This document shows, in pieces, positions 24,473-33,800 of a stretch of DNA of 63,643 nucleotides; positions within the stretch are counted from its first letter, which is position 1; the number at the start of each line of letters is the position of its first letter. The DNA comes from an uncultured Clostridia bacterium. GTDB lineage: Bacteria > Bacillota > Clostridia > Christensenellales > UBA1242. The position numbers and the translations under genes were made by a program. The notes beneath the pieces were generated by a model. The model saw nothing but the letters and a program-made list of their open reading frames with translations, did no database searches and was not told where the DNA came from. Location of the stretch: assembly GCA_944359935.1 (NCBI GenBank), contig CALVTD010000002.1, forward strand, positions 1 to 63,643. The letters are read 5' to 3'.

Positions 24473-26290
24473 ATGGCTATGAAGAAAAGAAGATTTACCG
24501 GGCTTATGATGTCAATATGTTTATGCCTTTTAACATGCGTCTCGCTTGTGGCGGGATGTTCTCTTGTTACAACTGACATGTCTAAGTATTACAGCACGCC
24601 AGTTGCATCTTTCACATATGAAGACGGCGAAAGGGTGGAAGTTACTAAGCGCGAATTGATTACTGCGTTTAACTCATATGGTTATCAATACTATCAAAAC
24701 TATGGCATGAGTTTGAGCGAGGCTTACAGATACACAATAGATGCAGTTATAAATCAAAAACTTGTAATTAAATCGGCAGAGGAGACCGCAGCCGCAGCAA
24801 ACGGCGGAGAGGTTTTAACCACAAAGCAAAAAACCTATCTGTGGGAAACCACCTATGAAGCAATTGAAGACAACATTATAAGTTACTATAACGACCTTAA
24901 CAACATCACCGAGGATGAGGAAGAAACCGCAGAAGACGGCGTGGTTACCCAAGAAGTTTTCACTCCAACGGCTGAACTTGTTCCAAACAATGATGGCACT
25001 TATTCAATAGTGTTGCAGCAAACCACAACCTCTGCCGTAGACTCGCATGATTATTGGAGCGGCGCAGATAGAGACATCAACACTCAAAACGACTTAGATG
25101 CGCTTTATAACTATGTTTTAACCTTTGTTAGAGAAAACCCAATCTACACTCAGGCATTTAACAGATATTTAAGCGATGCCAAATCTGCCGAGGATGGCAT
25201 GAGGCTTTCAACAGACAACAAATCAGTGTTCCAGCGCGAAATCATGCGTGTTTACGAAGTGCTTTATGACAGTTTTATGGTTGACCAATATCAAGAGCAA
25301 AACCAAGGCAGCAATTCAAGCGTAACCCTTGCAAACATTTCGGATGTTTACACAAACCGCGTTGTTTCGGCTTATAACAAGTATGTAACAGAGGGCGCTT
25401 CCACCTATGAGGAAGATGTTTTAGAAGATGTTTCAAGCGTTTATTACTATAAAACCACTGGCACGCAGTTCTTCTATGTTTCACACATTCTTGCAAAATT
25501 CACCGATGAACAGCAGGAGGAATATGACAGACTTACCGCTATTATAAACGGTGAAAGCGATGGCCCAGAAACAATAGGCGAGGCACAGGCAAAAATTGAG
25601 GACCTTTACAACAACCTTTCATTCCCAGTTCGTGAGCAGAATGAGGATGGCGAATGGGTTGAAGTTAAAAACGAGGATGGAACAACTGTAACTAAGCCAG
25701 TTGCAGCAGTTATGCAAGAGGTGTCTCTTAAACTTGCCTCGGCAGGTGATAATGAATATCTAAAAGCCGAATATTTTGAAGAGTTGATCTACAAATACAA
25801 CCAAGATGATGGAATTTTCAATGCAGACCGAAACTATGTGATCGGCATTGACTACACCACTCCTGACAGCGAAAATGGATCGTCATACACAGTTCATTCC
25901 AATATGGTTGAAAACTTCACAAACGCTGCCATTGCGCTGTACAACCAAGGTAGCGCGCAGATTGGTGATTTGTATATGCAAACCGATGGCGACTATTCCT
26001 CAGGCCTTATAAGAACCGAATATGGCATTCACATCATGGTGTATGAGGGCAAAGTTGAAAATCTGTTTACAAATATAAATCAGGATTTCACGCTTTCGAC
26101 AAGCGATATTCAAGTTTTGGATAGCGATGCCGCAAGGCTTAAAGCGGGCGTTGAGCAAACCGTTTTTGATGAAATATTTGAAGAAATTAACACCGATAAC
26201 TTCACAATTTTTGAAAATATGGATTTGCAGTTTTTGAGAAGTGAAGTTACCATTGAATACTATCCAGATGGTTACAGCGATTTAGTTTAA
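24473..26290 (+). CDS. Lipoprotein with a parvulin-type PPIase-like domain (PrsA/SurA-like foldase candidate) carrying large insertions
   Basis: Signal MAMKKRRFTGLMMSICLCLLTCVSLVAGCS with lipobox LVAGC. Parvulin-like landmarks are FFYVSHILAKF ... KYNQDDGIF ... MVENFTNAAIAL ... GLIRTEYGIHIMVYEG. The position after mfd matches prsA-like genes in many Firmicutes. Confidence 0.5.
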   Translation: MAMKKRRFTGLMMSICLCLLTCVSLVAGCSLVTTDMSKYYSTPVASFTYEDGERVEVTKRELITAFNSYGYQYYQNYGMSLSEAYRYTIDAVINQKLVIKSAEETAAAANGGEVLTTKQKTYLWETTYEAIEDNIISYYNDLNNITEDEEETAEDGVVTQEVFTPTAELVPNNDGTYSIVLQQTTTSAVDSHDYWSGADRDINTQNDLDALYNYVLTFVRENPIYTQAFNRYLSDAKSAEDGMRLSTDNKSVFQREIMRVYEVLYDSFMVDQYQEQNQGSNSSVTLANISDVYTNRVVSAYNKYVTEGASTYEEDVLEDVSSVYYYKTTGTQFFYVSHILAKFTDEQQEEYDRLTAIINGESDGPETIGEAQAKIEDLYNNLSFPVREQNEDGEWVEVKNEDGTTVTKPVAAVMQEVSLKLASAGDNEYLKAEYFEELIYKYNQDDGIFNADRNYVIGIDYTTPDSENGSSYTVHSNMVENFTNAAIALYNQGSAQIGDLYMQTDGDYSSGLIRTEYGIHIMVYEGKVENLFTNINQDFTLSTSDIQVLDSDAARLKAGVEQTVFDEIFEEINTDNFTIFENMDLQFLRSEVTIEYYPDGYSDLV

Positions 26291-26295
26291 TAAAA

Positions 26296-26326
26296 AACTC
26301 TTGTTTGTTTGACAAGAGTTTTTTTA
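26296..26326 (+). terminator. Rho-independent terminator
   Basis: AACTCTTG...CAAGAGTT hairpin followed by a T7 run. Confidence 0.8.
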
Positions 26327-26343
26327 TTTGTTAATATTTTATC

Positions 26344-27630
26344 GTGGAAAATATGCAGCAAAACAACCAGCCAACAAATCAAGAGCCTGAGGGCTCTGGT
26401 TTTTCACAAATGCAAATTGAAATTCCTGAGCACACCGAAGAGGATAAGGCCAAATTAGATGAATCTCAACAGGCGGTTTCAAAACGCAGTGGCAGAAAAA
26501 AGAGGTTTTGGAATATAGTAATTTTCTTAATAAATGTTATAGTGATCGTGGGCATTTTTTTATATCAAATTCTCGCAGGAGATTTTGTTTCGCTCACAGA
26601 AATTTCAATTGATGTAGGCTATCTTTTTGTTTGTTTCGCATTAGTAGGTGTTGCACTTATTGTGGATACTATTCCAATTTCATACCTCATCAATAAGGCC
26701 TGCAAACGCCCGCGCTTTGCTTTAAGTTTCAAAACAAACATTTGCGGCAGATATTATGATGCAATAACTCCGCTTGCAGCAGGTGGCCAGCCATTTCAAG
26801 TTACCTATCTTATGAGCAGAGATGTGCCATCAACGCCATCTCTTTCCATACCTATGGCAAAATTGTTCTTTGAACAACTGGTGTGGTTTATCATCTGCAC
26901 AATCTCTTTGATCGTTTCGTTTGTAAATTATTCTCAGTTTAGTTCACTGGTTAACATTTCTTCATACATTGGCTTTGTGCTTACTTTTGCCATGCTTTTC
27001 CTTACATTGTTCCTTTCTGTCAGTAAAAGTGTGGGCAAAAAGTTGGTTGCAAAAACGCTTAAACTTTTGCAAAAAATGAAGATTGTTAAAAATTATGAAA
27101 AGCAGTATCAAAGAGTTTCAAGATATGTGGAAGATTACCAAAACATAATGCGTGAGTATGTTAAAAACAAAAAAGACTTTATTGTTATGTTTTTGTGTAT
27201 GGCTGCCAGAATTGTGCTGATTTATTCATTACCTTTCTTTATATATTGCATTTTTAATGGTTTCGCTCCAGAACTTTACTGGCTGTTTATGGTTATGGGT
27301 GTGCTGATTGACTTGGCGTCAAGTTTCATTCCATTGCCAGGTGGGACGGGAATGAACGAAGTTTCCTTTGTGGCAATGTTTGCGCCATATTTTGCAGACG
27401 GCGCGTTGATTTGGGCGATGCTGCTGTGGAGGTTTTTCACCTATTACTTATATCTAATTTTAGGTTTTGGCATGATAACTTATGATGTGGCATACGGCAA
27501 CCGCAAGTATAGATGGCTGAAAGTAGAGCGCAATCTGCAACTTGAAAGCAAGGCGTTTAAAGAAAAGCAGATTTCCTCGTTTAGGCAAGAGCGAGCATAT
27601 CGCCGCAAAAGGCAACTCAAAAAGAACTAA
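26344..27630 (+). CDS. UPF0104 / LPG-synthase-TM (flippase-like) family membrane protein
   Basis: 428 aa. Acidic N-terminal tail and about 8 TM segments. Motifs AITPLAAGGQPFQVTYL and FIPLPGGTGMNEVSF are typical of this family. GTG at 26344, with an alternative ATG at 26353. Confidence 0.65.
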   Translation: MENMQQNNQPTNQEPEGSGFSQMQIEIPEHTEEDKAKLDESQQAVSKRSGRKKRFWNIVIFLINVIVIVGIFLYQILAGDFVSLTEISIDVGYLFVCFALVGVALIVDTIPISYLINKACKRPRFALSFKTNICGRYYDAITPLAAGGQPFQVTYLMSRDVPSTPSLSIPMAKLFFEQLVWFIICTISLIVSFVNYSQFSSLVNISSYIGFVLTFAMLFLTLFLSVSKSVGKKLVAKTLKLLQKMKIVKNYEKQYQRVSRYVEDYQNIMREYVKNKKDFIVMFLCMAARIVLIYSLPFFIYCIFNGFAPELYWLFMVMGVLIDLASSFIPLPGGTGMNEVSFVAMFAPYFADGALIWAMLLWRFFTYYLYLILGFGMITYDVAYGNRKYRWLKVERNLQLESKAFKEKQISSFRQERAYRRKRQLKKN

Positions 27631-27664
27631 GAATATTAAATTTCATTTTGCAAAACATAAAACC

Positions 27665-28195
27665 ATGAGCAAGGTTTCTAAATCCACTTATGGTTTTATT
27701 TTTGCAATAGTTTTGCTGGTGATTTTGCTGGGAATTAGTTTATATTTGGGCATTTCTGGCTGGTTTTTTTCCAACACAACCACTTTGCAAAGCGATTTGG
27801 AACTTGGCAAAACCGTAAACATATCGGTCGCGCAAACTGGCGCACAGGCAGTTTCGTTCACCTTTCCAGGCTCTTATTTGCCGGGGCAAAAACTTTCCCA
27901 ATACATCAACATAACAAACAATGCGGATAACGACCTGTTTATTCGTGCAAAAGCGGTTGTTTTTAGTTATGAGCAGGGCGAGGCGGCACTGGAGGTTGGA
28001 ATAAGTGAACATTGGACGCAGCAAGATGAATATTACTACTTTGACGAAGCGCTTTTGCAATCAAATAAAATTGCATTTGCAACATATGTGAAGTTGGAAG
28101 ATAAGTATTATAACTCCAACAAAAGTTATGTTGTAACGTTTATTATTGAGGCTTTGGACGCAAATTTAGACAGAACTCAAATTTGGGGCTTTTAA
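27665..28195 (+). CDS. Secreted protein with a TasA/camelysin-like (SipW-type signal) appearance
   Basis: The track ORF 27542-28195 overlaps the previous gene. The in-frame ATG at 27665 gives MSKVSKSTYGFIFAIVLLVILLGISLYLGISGWFFSNTTTLQSDLELGK, followed by LPGQKLSQYINITNNADNDLFIRAKAVV. This resembles the TasA/Peptidase_M73 pattern. Weak call. Confidence 0.4.
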   Translation: MSKVSKSTYGFIFAIVLLVILLGISLYLGISGWFFSNTTTLQSDLELGKTVNISVAQTGAQAVSFTFPGSYLPGQKLSQYINITNNADNDLFIRAKAVVFSYEQGEAALEVGISEHWTQQDEYYYFDEALLQSNKIAFATYVKLEDKYYNSNKSYVVTFIIEALDANLDRTQIWGF

Positions 28196-28677
28196 AATTT
28201 AAAAAAACCGTCAATAACACTGTTGTGAAAAAGTTGGCGGTTTTTATTTTTTTGATTGCAATTTTGTGTTTATGCTCGGCTTTGCCAGAGCAAAGCATTT
28301 TCGATTTGCAAAATGTAAAAGCGGTAAGTTTTGTTGCAGATGTGCAAGATGCTGAAAACTTGGGGCTGCAATACACTCCAAATGGAAGTGATGCAATCAT
28401 TGAGGTTGAACCATCCGCCGCAGCACAAATATATCAATCGTTGCAACCTAAGAGCACAATTATGACATTTGAAAGTGAGCAGATGAATGCGTTAAAAAAC
28501 TATTTAAACATGACCAATTTTTACACTCAAACCTTGCAAGATAAAACCATTATTTATGGTTACACATCAAAGTTTAACCAGTGCGAATTTGTGGATGGAA
28601 AGAAAATCAATGTGCAAATTGTTGTGGATGAATACCAAATTTTGGTGGGCTTTCCAATGATTATGACAGGTTTTTAA
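28183..28677 (+). CDS. Hypothetical secreted or membrane-anchored protein
   Basis: 164-aa ORF with TTG at 28183, or an alternative GTG at 28225 that gives (M)KKLAVFIFLIAILCLCSA as a signal-like N-terminus. No family recognised. Confidence 0.4.
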   Translation: MGLLKFKKTVNNTVVKKLAVFIFLIAILCLCSALPEQSIFDLQNVKAVSFVADVQDAENLGLQYTPNGSDAIIEVEPSAAAQIYQSLQPKSTIMTFESEQMNALKNYLNMTNFYTQTLQDKTIIYGYTSKFNQCEFVDGKKINVQIVVDEYQILVGFPMIMTGF

Positions 28678-28730
28678 AAAATATGTATAAACAAAATTTT
28701 TGTGTCAATAAAGATGTCAAGGAGGGAAAA

Positions 28731-29303
28731 ATGGAAATAAGAAAGGAGAACAAATTTCACGCGTTCGTCAAAAAATTTGGGCTTTACATTATTGCAGGGG
28801 TGGCAGTTGTAATCATTGCAGTGGCTGCAACGCTGGTGGGTGTGCTTACCAAACAAGACACGCCAGTGGATGTGGGCACTCAGCCATTAAGTTTTGGCTT
28901 GCCTGCGCTTGATGCCAGTGTGATTAAAGATTACAGCGACACAAGTTTGCAATATAATGAAACGCTCAATAAATGGGAGGCACATTTCTCAGTCGACCTT
29001 TCAAGTGAAGACCCAACTGTTATGGCAGTTTTGGATGGCACCGTAACTGATGTTTCCTATAAGTATATGACAGGCTACACAGTTACCATTGAACACGCCG
29101 ACGGTTTTGTAAGCGTTTACAGTTCACTTGCTGAGGACGTTGCAGTGCAAGAGGGAGAGGCTGTAACCAAAGGTCAAAAGATTGGTGAAATGTCAACATC
29201 CGCCGCAGGCGAGGCAACCTATGGAGCTCACTTAGATTTTACTTTGTTGCAAAATGGACAAGAAGTAGACCCTAATGACTATATTTCATTACAAAACAAA
29301 TAA
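28731..29303 (+). CDS. Membrane-anchored protein with a degenerate LytM/M23 domain (SpoIIQ-like)
   Basis: The ATG at 28731 follows AAGGAGGG. It has one N-terminal TM (GLYIIAGVAVVIIAVAATLVGVL). The LytM core is VLDGTVTDVSY...GYTVTIEHADGFVSVYSSLAEDVAVQEGEAVTKGQKIGEMS...GAHLDFTLLQNGQEVDP. The metal ligands are replaced: FSVDL for HxxxD, YSSL for Y.HL, HLDF for HLHF. Confidence 0.6.
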   Translation: MEIRKENKFHAFVKKFGLYIIAGVAVVIIAVAATLVGVLTKQDTPVDVGTQPLSFGLPALDASVIKDYSDTSLQYNETLNKWEAHFSVDLSSEDPTVMAVLDGTVTDVSYKYMTGYTVTIEHADGFVSVYSSLAEDVAVQEGEAVTKGQKIGEMSTSAAGEATYGAHLDFTLLQNGQEVDPNDYISLQNK

Positions 29304-29359
29304 AAATTGTTTGCTAAAACTAAAATTATTATGATATAATAAACCTAGTGGAGGCAAAC

Positions 29360-29590
29360 ATGAGAGAAAAGATTAAAGAACTTATTGCAGACCAACTTTG
29401 CATTTCACCAGACGACATTGCAGATGATGCTGACATTGTTGTTGATTTGGGTGCAGATTCACTTGATGTTGTTGAAATGCTTATGACGCTTGAAGACGAG
29501 TTTGGCATTAAACTTAAAGACGACCAGGTGAACAAAATCAGGTCAGTCAATGCAATTTGTGAGATAATTGAAAAAAATAAGGGCAAATAA
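29360..29590 (+). CDS. acpP: Acyl carrier protein
   Basis: DLGADSLDVVEMLMTLEDEFGI contains the phosphopantetheine Ser in DSLD. 76 aa counted from the ATG at 29360, which follows GTGGAGG. Confidence 0.85.
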   Translation: MREKIKELIADQLCISPDDIADDADIVVDLGADSLDVVEMLMTLEDEFGIKLKDDQVNKIRSVNAICEIIEKNKGK

Positions 29591-29593
29591 CAA

Positions 29594-29619
29594 CAGGGCG
29601 CGTAAGGCCCTGTTTTTTA
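29594..29619 (+). terminator. Rho-independent terminator
   Basis: CAGGGC-GCGTAAG-GCCCTG followed by a T6 run. Confidence 0.8.
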
Positions 29620-29679
29620 TTCAAAATTTGACATAAAACGACAAAATCCTGAATAGGTTACTACAAGGAGGATTTTGCC

Positions 29680-29928
29680 GTGAAAGATGACATTACAAAA
29701 AGGGTTTTACTTGAAGCAGAATATATCATCTCAACTCACAGCACTTTACGACAAACAGCCGATTTGTTCGGGGTTAGTAAAAGCACGGTTCATGTGGATA
29801 TGTCGAACAGACTTAGAAAAATAAATGGAAAAAAATACCAAAAAATTGAAAAAATATTACAAATAAATTTTGCAGAAAAACACATAAGAGGAGGCCAAGC
29901 AACAAAAGAAAAATATTTAAGTGCGTAA
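29680..29928 (+). CDS. spoIIID: Stage III sporulation protein D (mother-cell transcription factor)
   Basis: 82 aa. ...LEAEYIISTHSTLRQTADLFGVSKSTVHVDMSNRLRKIN...EKHIRGGQATKEKY matches the SpoIIID pattern (FGVSKSTVHKD...RGGEATK.KY). GTG start follows AAGGAGGA. Confidence 0.85.
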   Translation: MKDDITKRVLLEAEYIISTHSTLRQTADLFGVSKSTVHVDMSNRLRKINGKKYQKIEKILQINFAEKHIRGGQATKEKYLSA

Positions 29929-29930
29929 CA

Positions 29931-29967
29931 TTATTCGCCTTTAAAATAAAGGCGAATAATTGTTTTT
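29931..29967. terminator. Bidirectional terminator between the convergent genes spoIIID and ttcA-like
   Basis: TTATTCGCC (29931-29939) pairs with GGCGAATAA (29951-29959). The flanks are T-rich. Confidence 0.7.
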
Positions 29968-30670
29968 AATTCCATAATTTATTTCTATTTGGGTGCGACA
30001 GGGCAGCCAAAATTTTATTTTTACAATCAGGGTATTTTTCTGTGAATTTTTTCATAATTATTTTTGCATTTTCTCGTTGCGAAAAATGGTCTTGCGGGCA
30101 GATATTTTTTAAAACAGGCATATTTTTTGAGACTTTTTTTATTTGATTTTCTTCCACCAACAGCAGCGGTCTAATCACTTCAAGGTTGGTTCTGGAAAGA
30201 TAGGTTTTAGGTTGCAGTGCATAAAGCCTTCCTTCAAAAAATAAACTCATCAAAAAGGTTTCAACAAGGTCGTCTGCATGATGTCCCAAAGCCACCTTGT
30301 TGCAGCCCAATTTTTTGGCGGTTGTGTTAAGCAAACCTCTGCGCATATTGGCACAAAGCGAGCATGGGTTTTTCTCTTTTCTAATTTCAAACAAAACCTC
30401 AAAAACATTCGAATTTTCCAGGTGAAAAGGCACTTGAAGTTGACCGCAATAGTCTGCAATCTTTTGATAATCCATCTTGCCGTTTGACAGGTCTATTGCC
30501 ACTGCCACTAATTCAAAATTTGGGTTGATGTATTTTTGATATTCCCTCAGCGCGGTAAGCAAGGTTAAACTATCTTTGCCACCAGAGACGCCAACGGCAA
30601 TTTTGTCGCCATTTTCAATCAAGTGCTGCTGCTCAATAAGTTTTCGCATTAGTGATAAAATCTTTCTCAT
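29966..30670 (-). CDS. ttcA: PP-loop ATPase of the TtcA family (tRNA 2-thiocytidine synthase-like)
   Basis: PP-loop VGVSGGKDSLTLL, CSLCANMRRGLL, and a C-terminal CPQD. Confidence 0.7.
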   Translation of the reverse strand: MRKILSLMRKLIEQQHLIENGDKIAVGVSGGKDSLTLLTALREYQKYINPNFELVAVAIDLSNGKMDYQKIADYCGQLQVPFHLENSNVFEVLFEIRKEKNPCSLCANMRRGLLNTTAKKLGCNKVALGHHADDLVETFLMSLFFEGRLYALQPKTYLSRTNLEVIRPLLLVEENQIKKVSKNMPVLKNICPQDHFSQRENAKIIMKKFTEKYPDCKNKILAALSHPNRNKLWN

Positions 30671-30729
30671 AGCCCGAAATTATAACAAAAAAATATTTTT
30701 TTGTAAAGTCAAATTGCGCTGCAAATTAT

Positions 30730-30759
30730 TTGACAAAATTCTGCCATTTGTTCTATAAT
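30730..30759 (+). promoter_or_regulatory. Sigma-A type promoter of the giant gene
   Basis: TTGACA (30730-30735), an 18-nt spacer, then TATAAT (30754-30759). This leaves a leader of about 80 nt ending in GGGAGG (30834-30839), 5 nt before the ATG. Confidence 0.55.
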
Positions 30760-30844
30760 TTTTTTGTATTAAATATTATTATTTTTTTTGTGATAAAAAT
30801 TTATATTTTTTCGCAATTTAAAAATAATAATTTGGGAGGAATAA

Positions 30845-33800
30845 ATGAAAAATAAATTTTCCAAATTTTTCGTTGCACTTTTGAGCACATTCCTACTTTT
30901 TGGAGGCGTGGTTTTTACCGCGTGCGGTGAAGCGGCTCACGCAACCATTTCAGTTTCCTCACAAGATTTTGTAAGCGAAGATTACATAGAGATTGACCTT
31001 GGCTCGGACGACACAACCGCTTTGATTACGGCAACGGTTGATGGCGTTTCTTCGGGTAGGGTTAGTGTTAACAACGATTTCCAAAGCATAATTTCCGCAA
31101 ACGCGGTTTACAACGAAAGTTCAAACTCCACGCAAATTACCATTGAAGGTAAAAGCGAAGGTAGTGCGTCCATTGTTTTGCGTTCACATGAAGGCAATGG
31201 ACAAAAAGTGATTAACGTTTATGTTTACAGCGACATTCTTGGCGTTGAGCAAAAACAAGATAGCGCGGGCAGCAGCAATCAGTATGTGGTTAAAGGTGAA
31301 GCCACGGTGCTGGATAGCGACAGGTTTTTGTCATTCACATCCAGAGAGGGTGGCGAGAGCAACCGCAAAGATGTTACATGGCAACTTGTAAGCATCGATG
31401 AGCATACAACTTTGGAAGGCAATGTGCTTACAGTTGGGCAGGACAGCACACTCACAAATGTTTTACTTAGGGCAACCTCAGTTTACAAGCCAGAGTATTA
31501 TGCTGATGTGAATTTAACTGTTGTTTCGGCATTGCCAGACATTCAACTTGACTTTTCTAGAAATCCAGATGCGTTCAGCGACCAGATTGAAGAGGGCGAA
31601 AGTTTTAACATCGTTAAAAATGACGACTCTCAGGAAGAGGCTGTTGGCTACATCAGGCTCACTGTGGATACTCCTACTGGCGGCGACTTGCCAAGTTTGC
31701 AGGTTGACAGAATTGTAACTGGTGAGGATGGCGAGAGCAGCGCAAGGGTTAGCATCACCACCTACAACACACCTGTAAGCGCAACTTCCACACAAATAAT
31801 CTATCAAATCAGGGCCATTGCAAACGATGCAAACACTTTGCCAGAGGTGCTAGATGTTAGATTCGATGTTGGATATGAAAATTTTAACTACACGAAATCT
31901 TCGGTTAACTTCCAAATCAATTTGGTGGATGTAATTGACAGAATTGAAGTAACTTCAAACGGCCAAACCATCACATCGGGTGATGAACTGGAAATCTACG
32001 ACAACTATAACGGCGACAGTTCCTATCAGTTTGGTCGCCCTTTTGTGGTTTCATTGGGCCCAGACACCGTTGCAAACGACCAGGCACTTTTTGACATTGA
32101 ACTTTCTTCTGCGGATGGTTTAAACATCAACGATTACATACGGATTTATAACGAGCGCGGCCAGCAGATTGTGTTAGAGCAAGACGGCAACGCTTTTGTT
32201 GCGCGCGGACTTGCAAACAACTCACTCATTTACATTAGAACGGCTGAAAACTTTGAGGAAGAGGCAGCAATCGATTGCAGGTTTGTTTCTCAGCAATCTC
32301 CATCTGTTTATTTGGATGTAGACCTGGTTTGCTATCGTTCTCCAAATGCTAATTTCAGCATAGGCACTCAGGCGGTTAGGTATATTTCCACTTATGGCGA
32401 AAACACGATTCTGGTTGAGGTTTATTCCACCTCACTTGTTGGAATTAACAGAGGCCTTTCACTCAGCGATGTGCAAAGTGATTTGTTTGAAATTTCCAAT
32501 TTCAGTTTTGACTCTGCAACTGGAACAATCAGGTTTAATGTTTCAAATCTGCAACAAAACATTTCCAATGAAAATTTAAGCATCTCGCTTTACATAAGGC
32601 ATGAAAATGGGTATAGGTCTATTGAAAACATCGTAATCGCTCCATATCTGCCAATGAATGAGGCGTCAATCACGCATCAAGGCCAGTCAAGCACCGCAAT
32701 TTCCAAAGTGGAGTATGACATCCAAGATTTTGGCGCTATTGAAGGAAGCAATTCGCTGCAATCGCTGATTATGAGGCTGGGCAGCAGTGTTACATTAAAC
32801 TTAAACACAAATTCAGCGACAAGCATTTCGTTTGCGTTTAGATACAACAATGCCGCAATGCCAGAAGACATCAACGCGGACAATTTAAACAATATTCTTG
32901 GGCTGTTTGCAAATGCTGAAACAGAGCAGGATAGATACGCAACTTTTGATTATGCCACAAACAGGTTGACTTTGGCGGCAAACGATTTTAAGGGCTATGT
33001 GCTTTTCACTTTCACAGGGTATGATGAAAACCATGGCCAAGTTTTGGCATACAGAATTTTCTATCTTGAAAGTTACACTCCGCCAACAAGGCTTTCGCCA
33101 AACCCAAGCAATTTAACCTTGACAGCGCTTGATTCCATTGCACAGCAGGAGCGCGACCTTGCCACACAAAGCGTTTCAATTTCCTACCGTGTGGACGGCA
33201 ACGCAATCACTTATGCAGGCGCAAATTATGTTAGTTTCCAATCCGTTGCAGGGTTGACGGGCACTTATGGCGACAATTACATTAAATTTGGAAACTACCG
33301 CATTGAAAATATTGTTATTACTAACAGAAATATAACTTTTGATATCATCGCTGAAACCACAGACGGATATCAATCTTTCACCGACCAAATTGTGGTTACT
33401 TACACAGTTTTTGGAATAAATTATCTTGCAACCATTGATTTGGTTATTGAAAACGCAGATAGGGTTGAAGTGGTTGAGTGGGAAAATGCCTCGGCTGACG
33501 GAATAATTTACCTTGATTTGTATGGACAATCCACCGAGGACACAACCTATCCGCTTATTACCAATGTAGAACCTAGCGATGCACACAACATTGAACTTGC
33601 CTATATGTTTGTTCCAAACGCAGGCACTCAAACAGACCTTGTTGAAATAAGCGATTTGGGCGTGGTAAGCATAAATGACAACGCAACTGTGGGCGGAACG
33701 GGATATATTTTCATCTATCCAAAGGACGCTGTAAGGGTTTATGATGGTATTGAACAGTTTGTTTATTACATTGATGATGAGAATGGCAACGCCGACTCGT

